DNA from: Chara braunii | Lineage: Eukaryota > Plantae > Charophyceae | Assembly (NCBI GenBank): GCA_003427395.1 | Contig: BFEA01000006.1 | Location: 7,919,382-7,983,381 of the forward strand | DNA: 64,000 nucleotides | Reading direction: 5' to 3' | Shown: one piece after another, positions 13,651 to 24,526 of the stretch | Layout: each line of letters begins with the position of its first letter | Position numbering within the stretch: the first letter of the stretch is position 1 | The notes under the pieces: generated by a model | Told to the model about the DNA's origin: nothing | Databases searched by the model: none | What the model saw: only the letters and a program-made list of their open reading frames with translations | Made by a program: the position numbers and the translations under genes

Positions 13651-14733
13651 CATCACGTCCGTCGAAGAAAAGTGCCTCCAGACCCAAGTTGACGTCGTAG
13701 TAGGGGACTCGTAGGTCATCGTAACGACGAAAATAGGGACCCTCCATCGGCCCATCGATCGCCGGATCGTACGGCTTGTAGCACGAGGGATCAGGCTCCT
13801 CCATCCGGCCTCGAGGTCTTGGCGGTTCCCAGGGGTCCTCCCCATAGCGCCCCCGCTCATCCGGCCAATCTGCCTCCCACCGAGCGAGGTCCTGCCCTCT
13901 AAAGCTTCTCTAGGCCTCCACCCCCTGACTCTTGCCCGTTATCTCGTCGGGAGCCCAGGAGGCGTCCGCTTCCCTTACGACCCATCTCCGCGGCCTACTA
14001 CCAGCCTCCGCTGGCCTCTCGTCTCTAAGGCCCCTTCTACTCGGTCCCTCTTCCTCTTCTCTCCGGGGTGGCCGGTACCCCCCCTATCTCGTGGGAATTC
14101 TAGAGCTTCTCCCACTCTTGCGTCCGGTAAATCCACCCACCGAGACTCTACAGGAAGGCCCCTTGACCCCTCGATCGCCCCTTCTCGCGCAGGCATCCGC
14201 ATCTCCACACCAGATCTAGACCCTTCTAAGGCCTGCCTCTCGCTGGCGACAGTCTCCGGGACCCTTTCGACCAATCTCCGTGGCCTGCCGCCGGCTTCAG
14301 CCGCCCTCCCTTCTCTTAAGTCCCTCCTGTCTTGACACTCCTCTTCCTCTCTCCTAAGTGGTCGATACCCTTGTCTATCTCTAGGGAACTCCCGCGCTTC
14401 CTCTAACCTTGCTTCCGCATCCATTAGGTCCACCCACCGGGATTCCACCGGAACGCCTCTCGCGGCCTCGGTGACCCCCTCGTTCACCGGCACCCGCGGC
14501 CCCACATCCCTGCGCACTCGCACTTCCGTGCCAGCCCTTTGCCCCTCCGAGGCTTGTCTTTCCCCCGAAGCCATTTCCGAACCCCCTTCGGTCCTAGCCA
14601 GCGCCGCCGCCCCCCCTGTCATTTCCTCCACTACCCTACTTAGAGTGGCCCCCAACTCGGGACTGTTCACTATCCCCCTTCTGTCAGTGGTTTCCGGCGG
14701 ACTAGAGAGACCAGCCTCCAGTTCACTCTCCAT
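13650..14733 (-). pseudogene. Arg/Glu/Gly-rich repetitive ORF immediately upstream of gag
   Basis: ORF 13975-14733 with internal repeat RG(V/L)PVESRWVDL...EFPRDR; same strand as gag. Confidence 0.5.
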
Positions 14734-14753
14734 GCACCCTTATTGGCAATATC

Positions 14754-15631
14754 TAGTCGCTTCCGTCACTATCGTCCGCGTTACCTTCTGGCTCGTCCCT
14801 CTCACTACTCTCTGCATTATCTTCTGAGCTCTCTTCCTCCTCCGATCTCCCCTTCTCTTCACTAGAGTCCTCGTTAGCACTTTCTCTTCCCGACTCCTTG
14901 CTGGTTACTGTTCACCAGGAATCTCTCAGTTTCTTCTCCTCGCTAGCAGCGAATGCAAGATTCGCAATTTCTAGGTCCGAGATGCCCCTAACCCCCTCTT
15001 GCGCACACCTCCTAATCAAGTCCCTATCCACATCACTTGGCTGCCCGGAGAATAGAGGTTTGATGAACTCCCCAACGCGTGCCCACCACTCGAAGTCGGT
15101 GTCCTCTCTCGACTCCCAGCACTGGGTGAATAACTCGTGGCCTCCTTCACCTAGAGGGAATTTTTCTATTACTTGACCCCTCAATCGGACTCTCTGCAAG
15201 GTCTCCTCGTCAGCATAGAGTAGTTGATAGGCCCAGGTGGGGAGGGTCCACGTTCTCCCGCGGGCTGCCCTTGGGATTTCCGTCCTTCCTCGGTACTCTA
15301 CTTTATCAATCACGAGGTCCCCGGAGCCAACTCTTCTCAATCTATGCACTCGCTCTAGGGCTCTTTCAACGATGCCCAGAGAATCTTTCCCTTCTACTAA
15401 TTCAGTTGTGAAAATTAGTCGGGCGTCAGGGGACAAAAATATTTCCGCCTTTCTCGTGCAACTCCTCCCCACCGAAAACCTGACCACTGTCTCCTGCTCG
15501 TAAATTTCGAAGAACTCGATAGTCACCTCTCCTTCCCCTCTAACTTTCGGGAGAGTCACTCCATATTTTCCTCCGCATGTCCAAACCCTTTCTATGGTGC
15601 CATAAGGGTCCCCCCTTTCGTATCTGATCAT
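14754..15631 (-). pseudogene. Accessory ORF, divergent family A member with acidic tail
   Basis: RFSVG...AEIFLS and HELFTQCW motifs; after TGA at 14912 the frame continues in an S/E/D-rich tail to TAG at ~14754. Confidence 0.6.
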
Positions 15632-15638
15632 AGGAGCT

Positions 15639-16115
15639 TCACCTCACATCTGCCAACCTCGTGGCGGCCTCGACCAACGAGTTCTCGCACTTCGCACGAC
15701 CAGTCCCTTCGTCCTCTCCCAGAGTTTGACGCAAAGCCTCTTCGTATTCTCCCGTTCTATCCCAAAATTGGGTCTCCACGAGGTGCGTCCTAGATGCCAG
15801 TGGCGTTCCTAGATACCTAGAGTCCTCCTCAAATTTTCTCTCTACTTCCAACAAAGGCTCCCTCCAAGTCCTCGAGAATCTTACGCCACTAGCGTCCCTA
15901 ATGTGGACTGAAAAGGTAGTTAGTGTGGTCCAGCCCCTTCTTTTCCACAAGGCCAGGCGGCAAACCTCTACTAGAAACTCCTTCTCGGCGCGGACTACCC
16001 GGTCCTCTCCCAATTCAGGGTTAAGCTTTGCACCCGCTTCGAACCTAACTTCGCTACCGTCCTCGTAGGTCTCTAATTCCCAACGGATCCTATTGGAAAC
16101 AAACGAAGCTCTCAT
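15639..16115 (-). CDS. Accessory ORF of unknown function (158 aa), possibly distant family A
   Basis: ATG start 4 nt after the upstream TGA; HLVETQFWDR resembles HELFTQCWES. Confidence 0.5.
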   Translation of the reverse strand: MRASFVSNRIRWELETYEDGSEVRFEAGAKLNPELGEDRVVRAEKEFLVEVCRLALWKRRGWTTLTTFSVHIRDASGVRFSRTWREPLLEVERKFEEDSRYLGTPLASRTHLVETQFWDRTGEYEEALRQTLGEDEGTGRAKCENSLVEAATRLADVR

Positions 16116-16119
16116 CCCC

Positions 16120-16308
16120 TCACTGCGCGAGAAGATCTATCGTTACCTCGTCTAGGATAGCGATCGCAGCTGTCTCAAGTAGCTTGATCCTGGCTAAGGA
16201 CCCGGGCCTTGCCCTCCTTTCTTCTTCCCAGCATAGAACAAGGATCCGCTGAACCTCTTCCCTTACTCTATCCAACTCCTCAAACTCCTTAAGGTCTGGC
16301 TCGGTCAT
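16120..16308 (-). CDS. Small helical accessory ORF (62 aa)
   Basis: ATG 3 nt after an upstream TAG; its TGA is 4 nt before the next ATG. Confidence 0.45.
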   Translation of the reverse strand: MTEPDLKEFEELDRVREEVQRILVLCWEEERRARPGSLARIKLLETAAIAILDEVTIDLLAQ

Positions 16309-16311
16309 CCC

Positions 16312-17033
16312 CTAACCTCCGTCGACGACACGCAATTGCTATCCGAATTAAGTCTGAGGGGTCTAACCCCGCTAGCTCTCCCTCGCAGATCTTACCTAAG
16401 TACCTCCACAATATCTTAGACTCCTCGCGTGTCGACCCCACCCTTCAAATGCGTAACACAGGTCCTCTAGGGTCGACCAATCGTCTCTATAGGGGTCCCG
16501 AAAACACCAAGTTAACAAGGTGTGAAGGTCCGATCCCGTGAACCTGAATTGACATAGGATGGAAACCCTTCTTTCTACCGCCTTCTTAACATCCTCAGAG
16601 GGGTAAACCCGCTCGAAAATAAAACGGGGGACTTCCACCGGCTCGCCGGTATTTCTTCCCAACCCCCGTAGGTCACTAGATATTTCTCGTCGCATCCTTC
16701 GTGAGGTCTCAACTCCTCTACTAACCCCCCTAACCGGCCTCTCACGGCTCGAGCGTCCCAGAGAGGGTCTTGTCCAATCCGTAAGCTACGTGCTATCTCA
16801 ACAAGCCCTTCCTTCTAGAGGAATATTCGGGCTTCTCCAACTACAACCTTCCACTGGCGACTCACCGCAAATCGTATGAACGCCTTACCGCGCCGGATCT
16901 CCCCTTCTTCTCGCAAGAGGGTCCTAGTTGGCTCAATCAATTGGGCCCTAGGCAGAGTGATACTGACGACCTCCCCGGTATCCTCTACGGGCTCTACGGA
17001 TGCCCAGAGAGTTCTCGGGATCCCTCTTATCAT
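16312..17033 (-). pseudogene. Accessory ORF family A, copy 4
   Basis: AFIRFAVS...EARIFL*KEG and LHTLLTWCFRDP; starts at an ATGA overlap; contains stops and a frameshift. Confidence 0.6.
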
Positions 17034-17730
17034 CGGCCCTCGAAACCCCGCCGGTTAGACACCTGCTTTTCCCCGAAGAGGCGGGCATACGGAACGTCCG
17101 CGACGAGGGATCGGAGACCCTCAAATTCTCTCAATCTCCCGAATATGGCGGGTAGCTCACTCCTTGGGGGAACTCCCGCGTCCACACACCGAGTATAAAG
17201 CCAGAACAAACCCCTAGCCCGCACCCCGGATTCTGGAGCTGCCCTAAGCAGTGCTACCACCCTCTCCTCCGGGTCTCTTAGGAACGAACTGGCCACGAAC
17301 AAGGGCAGGTTAGCGTGGAGGACCCCGGAAGCGCGAGGGACCTCTCCAGGCTCGGCGAAGAAAACTAGCGACCACGAATCGAAAGTCCCTTCCTCGTAGT
17401 CAGCTTACACCAGGTTGTTTGCCAACAGCCTTGCGGATTCTTGGTATTCAAAATGAGTAAGTTGTCCGGTCACTAAACCTCTCCATACTTCGGTCCACAC
17501 CTCTTCGTTGAGAAAAATTGTAGCCCGAACCTCCAAGAAACGACCCAGGTCGGGCGGACCTCCTCTTTCCACACCCTCCTTCCAAGTGAGCCTTCGAGCT
17601 CGAACCCACACATAGCCCCTTCTCTGATCAATCCCCCTTTCTCAACGCTCATCCAATAAAGAGTCACTTGAGGATCCCCCGGAACTAAAACCTTCTCGGC
17701 GTCACTGGCCTCTATCTACCCGACCACCCC
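17030..17730 (-). pseudogene. Accessory ORF family A, copy 3
   Basis: 17405-17611 and 17030-17302 are in the same frame across one TAA; LGRFLEVRATIFLNEEVW and LFWLYTRCVDAGVPPR. Confidence 0.7.
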
Positions 17731-17734
17731 GTTT

Positions 17735-18345
17735 TCACTGAGTATGAACTTCACCATCTGCTATCATCGTCCTAAAGACCCACCTGCGATATTTTTCAGG
17801 AGAGAGAGTGAAGGGTCTTTCTAGAGATCCTACTCTCTGGAAAATACCCCAGAGTTTCCTGCGCGGCGGAATACCCTGATCGATGCAGTGCGTATACAGT
17901 ATCCACAGGTCCCTGAAGGTAAGACCCAAACTCCTACCCCTCTCTAGAAGAAACACTATTTTTCCCTCGTTAGCTCTAGGAAAAAGGTAAGACGACACCC
18001 TCACAGTTAACGGATAACTTGACCTTGCAAGCTCTCTCGCCCCCGCGAACCTCTCCCTTTCCACAGGCACGAAGGCAAATCGCTCTTTAACCCTACTACA
18101 AGTTTCGCCCAAGCCTCCGGAGCTACAAAAATAACCGTGGTTATTTCAAGACTCCGCCCAAGACCTTGGTCTTCTACTTCTTTGGACTCCACCCACACGA
18201 ATCCCCCACTATTCGTGGACCTTCCCCCTTCTATCCTTTCCCAATCCGAGACTTCCCCGTTGCTAGGGACCAGCCTAAGCGTCGCACGGTCCTCTAAAGA
18301 AGACTCTAAGAAGCACCCCTACTTTCTATCATGGAACACCATTCA
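17735..18345 (-). pseudogene. Accessory ORF family A, copy 2
   Basis: LGRSLEITTVIFVAPEAW (18007-18198 frame) then, after a frameshift, LWILYTHCIDQGIPPR (17735-18112). Confidence 0.7.
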
Positions 18346-18346
18346 T

Positions 18347-19090
18347 TTAGAAGATTCTTTGTGGCACCCCAAAGACTCTTTGGTATCCATAGTCCCTACC
18401 TCCCTCGTGGTCCCGGGTAGACTCCCTAAAGATCCCTGCACGAATCATACATGCCTTGATCCCGTATGGTACCGGGTTATCCACGCAATAGGTGTAGTAC
18501 CAATGGAGAGACCTAACAGATAGCTGCCACCCCCTCTCTCTCACTAGGGACCGCACAACCCTATCGTATCGCTCCTCTTTCCCGCTCACCCTTCGAAAAA
18601 CGAATGATGGAAAAATGGCGCTGACGCACCTTGTGGCGCGGGGGTACTCTTCATCTCGCGCGCAAGTCACCCTTACCTCAATGGGCGGGCAGTGTCTACG
18701 GGGGTCTGTCTCAAAGATCTGCCTCAAAATCGGACCTGCTCGTGCCTCCCAATGATCCGCACGGTACCACCCCAGGACCAAATGTGTGACGTTATCAACC
18801 CAGACCTCCTTACTCAAATAAATAGTTCCTTCCGCATGGATCACTGTTCGTCTGGGTCTCTTCCCGTTCAGGGGTCTATTTCGGGACCACCTATCCCTCT
18901 CCCAAGTTCCTACTGCGAAACGAGCCCAAAGAAAAACTCCTCGTTCTAGCTCTAACCCTTTCTCGCGGCCGGTTAGATACCTCTCCGTGCGGTGGTCTAA
19001 GGGGACGCTGAAGCACTCTTTGTCTTTGCTTAAGTCCGCCTTCTCTATCCGAACCCCTTATTCCTTAGTACCCTCTATGATCCTAACCAT
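18347..19090 (-). pseudogene. Accessory ORF family A, copy 1
   Basis: ATG at 19090 is in frame with 18347-18844 across one TAA; LWARFAVG...AEGTIYLSKEVW and LHWYYTYCVDNPVP. Confidence 0.7.
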
Positions 19091-19447
19091 CCCCTTGGAC
19101 TATCTCCTCTATGATTTGAACCAGAGCTCTCCACTCGTCCGACCCGTCTAGGAAGGCGTCCGGAATAGTGGGGACCGGCTTACCGCCTCGTGGATACGTT
19201 CTACACCCCAACGAGTAGAAGTAGTTAATCTCATAAGCCCCCAGCAGTTGCCTCTCGAGCTGCGCGTGACCGATCGCTTCCTCCCAACTATCCAAATATC
19301 CCGCCTCCCTATCAACACTCTCTTCTACGTACAAGGCTATGTCGAAGTGTTCGGTCCACCAGTAAAGGTATAGCACCACACATCTACCCCGCCTATATCA
19401 CCCACACTAATTCCCGCGGGTTCAAACTCCAAAGGCCTCAAGTTCAT
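19083..19447 (-). pseudogene. Accessory ORF family B, copy 2 (one frameshift)
   Basis: ATG at 19447 gives ISVGDIGGVDVWCYTF; the shifted frame gives YVEE...YFYSLGCRTYPRGGKPVPTIPDAFLDGSDEW. Confidence 0.75.
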
Positions 19448-19803
19448 GGATTCGCCGCTCTCACTATACGCTCCACAATCCCCACTAGTACTTTCCATTC
19501 ATCTGATCCATCGAGATAAGCGTCCGGAATTACCGGTGCCGGACGACCACCTCTGGGGTAGGTTTGATATCCTAGAGAGTAGAAATACTTGTACCCATAA
19601 CCCCTTAACTCCTCACGAGAACCGCGGGAATGGCCTGTCGCCTCTTCCCACCCACAAAGGAAGTCCTCTCCTTGATCTTGTACCTCCTCTACATAGACAC
19701 CTACATCAAAGTCCCCCGTCCATAGTCGAAAGGAGTAACACCACACGTCTACACCTCCGTACGTACACACACTAATCCATTCTGGAACGGCTTCTAGGCT
19801 CAT
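19444..19803 (-). CDS. Accessory ORF family B, copy 1 (119 aa, intact)
   Basis: ISVCTYGGVDVWCYSF...YVEE...YFYSLGYQTYPRGGRPAPVIPDAYLDGSDEW; clear paralogue of the adjacent ORF. Confidence 0.75.
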   Translation of the reverse strand: MSLEAVPEWISVCTYGGVDVWCYSFRLWTGDFDVGVYVEEVQDQGEDFLCGWEEATGHSRGSREELRGYGYKYFYSLGYQTYPRGGRPAPVIPDAYLDGSDEWKVLVGIVERIVRAANP

Positions 19804-21384
19804 GCAGTATAATCAAAGGAAAATTCCCTAAGTTCCTATTTCCTTTTGGTCACTCAAAAGACCACCTCTATTCCGAAAGGAGAAGAAGCCTGTGAGCTCA
19901 TAAGGATCAAATGGACCAGAGAAGGAACACTGTCTCACTCGGCTACCTTCCTGTCCTCCCCCGCTGAGAGACCCTTCCCCACTCCCGGCCTAGAGACTAG
20001 TCGCAGACACAGGTTATCCCTAAGGAAGGGTGGCAACCCCCTCCCCGGAGTCGGACCGAAGTCACACACCCGGGTCCTATGTCCCCCACTGAACCGACCT
20101 TTAGTCCTAAGTTAGCCTATCCGGCACCACGCCTCTACTCGGCCAACCTCAAGCGTTGAATTACCCGGGTCCTAGGACAAGATCCACCTATGTATCAGAA
20201 ATCACTAGCCTATCTACTCCCTCCCCATTCTCCCCATTGTGAACTCTTCGCACTTCGTTCCCTTCTTTCTTTTCCGCCTCCTGCTGCCTCTTTTCTCTCT
20301 TGGAATCGCTGGAAAATCGGGAAGTTAAACAAAAATGGGGTGGGAAGAGCGGAGCTTTAGGAAGAGGCTATCAGGTTAGATTGAAAAGTATACGTACCTT
20401 GAGTCTTCAATATTCGTTATCATAGTCCCAATAGTCCCCCAGTTCCGAGTCCGAGAAATCGGCTAGACACCAGTCCACCCAGGACTCGGTCTCCGATCCC
20501 TCGTCCAAGGTCCCCCAAGTACCCCCTTCTTGTCTAATGCCCTCGCTAAGACGGGGAAGCGTGTCTCTCTCTCCCCCTCGCCCCGGTACCCGTAACACCA
20601 CTCTCCTCTCCCCCAAGTCCCGAACAGGTCCCGTTTGAGAGTCCTGCTCCCTTGTGGGAGTTGGAACCGTCGTCAGCCCTCGCGGGTCGAGAACAGAGGC
20701 CCCTAACCTCTCTCTAGACACCCTCTCTCGTGCGGGACTTTGCCCCCGGGCAGGTACCCTCCACAACCCGTGAGGATCAAGAATACTCAGTGACCCCCTC
20801 GGATCCCAAATAGACAGCGCCCCCGGACCCTCTCGGACCCCTCTCTCCTCTATCTCTCTCCCCCTCTCTCTTTCTTCCCCTCGAGCAGACCCCCCTACAC
20901 TATTTTCCCGGACTGTTCTTCTTCCTCCCCTTTCGTTGTTCTTCACCCTCATTCAGACCCTTCAAGCAAACTGTGCTCCCCCTAGTTTTGTAAATTCTTA
21001 GAAACAAACAAGCCCAAAAACCAAGCACACACAATGAAGAGGAACTGACCTGGTTTACCCCTCGACGGTCGGAAGTGGGAGTCGAGATCGCAAGCGGGCC
21101 GGAGTGGACCTGCAAGAAAAACAAGGAGACAAGTCCCAATACCCGAAGCCCCTCGCACGCGACAAGCCCAACAACAGCCCTTTACCCCAATGAAACCCTC
21201 GCCGATGCCGCTTGAGAAGAATTGCGTAGACCCTGACGAAGACCACCTTGAAGCCGCGTGTCGAAGGACTTGATGCCGGAAAAAATTGTAGAATATCCCC
21301 GACTCTCACTACCGCTGCCTGTCACGCCAGTCCTCCCCGTATACCGAGTCCTTTGAGCCGGCCGCGGCTGAGGGAGAAGTGCTC

Positions 21385-21403
21385 ATCCCCGGCAACGGCG
21401 CCA
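21385..21403 (-). promoter_or_regulatory. Primer binding site, tRNA-Asp(GTC)
   Basis: Minus strand TGGCGCCGTTGCCGGGGAT, 3 nt inside the 5' LTR; complementary to the plant tRNA-Asp 3' end and the PBS type known from Athila elements. Confidence 0.88.
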
Positions 21404-21406
21404 CTT

Positions 21407-24400
21407 TGTCGGGTCTCCCTTTATCTCTACCTCTTGTAACTGCAGCCGAGCCGAGGTCCGCCCGGTTCGGGCGCCCCCTTCCTCGAGGGAGTTCCCTTTT
21501 TGGAAAGAGCCTGCCCCCCTATCTAACAGGACCGCTTCCGGGAGCGTTGCTGATAACCCCTACCCGCTCTCGCCAACTTACCCTCCCCAAGGCTCCTACC
21601 TCCCTCTACTTTCACACGTGCGGGGTTAGAGCCCAGTGCTTGATCGGTCAGCATAGATGAACACGACAGGCGTCCGATCACATGGTCTGCAGCCCGTAGC
21701 GAAGCACATGTCAAGTAAGCTCGTGGTCAGCATAGATGCACACGACCAGCGGCCGATCACATGGCCTGCAGCCCATAACGTAGCACGTGGCAAGTAAGCT
21801 TGCGGCCGACACCGATGAACACAACGAGCGGCCGGTCACTTGGCCTGCAGCCAGTAGCGCAGCACGTGTCAAGTAAGCGCCCGTCCTTCTTTCGTGAACG
21901 CCCTCTCTGGGGAAGCCGAGGGACTCCAATGTCTCGCTCGAGCGCGACCCTCGCCTCTCTAGACACACAGATCTCAGCGCCTCCGCGCGCGCTTCCTCTC
22001 CGCATACGAAACGACCGCCCTCTGGTTTCCTTGCTCTCCTTCTCTCCCGCTCTCCCTCTCTCTCTTTCTTTCTCTCTCGTCTCTCTCTTCTCTAGTTGGC
22101 GCCTCTCAGATCGACTCGAAACTTGTGTTTACTACTGCACAAAATGCAGAGACAGTACTCGGGCTTTCACCCGTGCGTGGCCCCCTTCGCAAGCGAGCTA
22201 GTCCTATCTCTGCCTCCCTCCCTCTCTTTGGACGAGCACACGCCTAGCGAGAGTTGAAAGCTCTCCTGGTTGTAGTCGCTACCGACCTGCCCGGCCCGGG
22301 CGGTCGACTTTATCGTGCGCCTTCCTCGTCGCGCGTGGGGTTCCTTGATGGGCCGAAGGCATCTTGCGCAGAGGTCAAAAAGGAGTCTGGCCAAACGTTT
22401 CTCTTCCATGTGCTTCCGCATTCTCCCTTCTCGACACCCTGCACCGGGAATCCCGTAGTAGCCGCGGCGCACGCCCCCACCCGCTATGGCTCTCTCTCTC
22501 TCTACGTCGAGCGCAGCTCTTCGCGGCTAGCTGGGTGCTCGGAATGCTGGTCCTAGCGTACGCTTAGTGCGAGCCCCTCCTCTCGCACGCCGTCCCTTTT
22601 TCGTCACTTCTCTCCTTTATATATACTTCCTCTCGTGATGTCTCCCATTCTCGGTTTGCATTTCGTCGAGCAGGGCGACAATTCTAAATTTCCCTCAAAA
22701 ATCTTTCTTCCCGCTTCCTCTTCACCTCTACCCTGCTTCTTTCCCTTCGATCCTTTCTGACTCCGCCCCCCCTCCAATCAAGTTCCTTCCTTCTATTGCC
22801 ACGCGGATCGACTCATGCTGCGCGCGGCCTTAGTTGCTAAAAAAAAAAGAAGTCCTTCCCGCCCCCTCCGCGCTTTTCCTCCTTTTGTTTTCCATCGATC
22901 CAATCGAGTTCTCTCCTTTCATCGCCGCGCGGATCGACTCCAGTCGTGCGCGACTTTCCCTCCAGGCCTAAACAGTTACAGCGAACACGATCCCGTTTCC
23001 CGCCGGAGTGTCTGTTCGTTTCCCGCGCCGTGCTACTTTGAGCCCGGAGGACCCATCTGACCAAGAAGCTCTCGCTATCTTCAGCCCCGTTGGCAGTTAC
23101 CAAGATCCACTGAGCGCGCCTCCCCCTCCTTCTTTGTTCTTCAACCGGTTCCCTCTAGCTGTGTTTCTTTTGGTTTTCCTCAGGTGGTTAAGCCTACTTC
23201 CCCCGCCAGTCTCCATCCTCACACGATAGACCCCTCATCTTTTTAGGGGGCCCGCCCCTGTACTCACCACGTGGGTCCCCCCCCTTCTTCAACCGCTTTC
23301 CCCGCTTCCTCAACCTCTTGCCAAGGAGCAGCACCCCGAGTGATGCCGCATCACCCCCCTCCTACCCGCATTTTGTTGCAGATACTCCGGCATTCGCTTG
23401 ACCGTTCTTAGGATTCGTACAGCTGCCGTGCGCGTCGAATCGCTTCCCCTCCCCGCTCCTTGGGATCGGATTTTCTCTAGCACCTGACACCTTGCTGATC
23501 CGTAGGCCTCCTTCCCAATGTCGTATACTACCTCCTCCTTTTGAACTAATCGCTCCCTTTCCTTTGCTGAAAGTGGAAGCGTTTATCGGAATAGCTTGAT
23601 CAAGCAGTCGGTCATCGCAGCACCCCTCGCCCCTTATCTGCCTTTAGCACCCGTAGGTTTAGCACAACTGAGTCGCGTCGATCTGCTGCGCCCGTCACGG
23701 CGGTTTAAACTTCATCCACCCAGCCTAGCTGGCCCACGACTATGATTTTAACCGTTGCTCGGGTCCATCGAGACTCTAGCATGAACACCCGAAAGCTCGG
23801 GTTTTCCCACAAACCACTCATTCATGCGCGCACATTACATCAGATCCACTTAAAAGGGAAGGGCACAAAATTCATCCTTTCCAGCTGGTAGATAGCCGCA
23901 CCATTCTCTTTCACACTGTGACACTCATACGAAGTCCAGATCCGTCGTTTGCACGTCATATCCCTTTTACCCACCAAAAGAGGTCTCAGGCTGCCGACCT
24001 TGAAACCACTATTTTTTTAGGAATCCGGTCCACCCTCACCTTGTAAGTTAGACATCGTGCGCTTGCCACATCGGGATGGTACCGGCCGTACCGCTCGACG
24101 AAGGCTTAGGCATCTTACCCGACCTTCCGGTACCATAGCCCAAGCAGGGTGCAAGCAAAGCCCGCTACGTCCCCCCACGGTAGTTCGGTGGTCATTAGCA
24201 ACCGAGGTCTAGGGTCTTCACTGACCCTCCGCTTTAGGTCGGACCAAGGCCCACTCCGAAGTACATCCTTCGCCTCGTATCTCCAGACTTTGACACCGAA
24301 AATCCGATCTTCAATGATCCTCCCGAGCCCGCTTGCGACCAAGTTTTGGATCCTCAGTTCAGCCAACCGAAGGATTAGTATGAAGACCCGGACGCCCGAG

Positions 24401-24526
24401 GACATCCACAAATGCCATATCCACCTGCACTCATTCGTCAAAACCAAGCAAAAACTGCAAAAAAAGAAAAAAAAATGTTTCTCATCTCAAAGCAAAAACC
24501 TTTGGCTTTTAGACAGCCGCCCGACA
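21407..24526 (-). repeat. 5' LTR of nested element (3120 bp)
   Basis: TGTCGGG...CCCGACA termini; adjacent to PBS; colinear with 3289-7719. Confidence 0.93.

Larger units (their letters stand above)
3289..24526 (-). mobile_element. Full-length nested Ty3/gypsy LTR retrotransposon (non-chromovirus, tRNA-Asp primed) with accessory ORF cassette
   Basis: Two long direct repeats, termini TGTCGGG...CCCGACA, probable 4 bp TSD CCAG/CCAT (one mismatch), tRNA-Asp PBS, gag-PR-RT-RH-IN on the minus strand. Confidence 0.93.
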
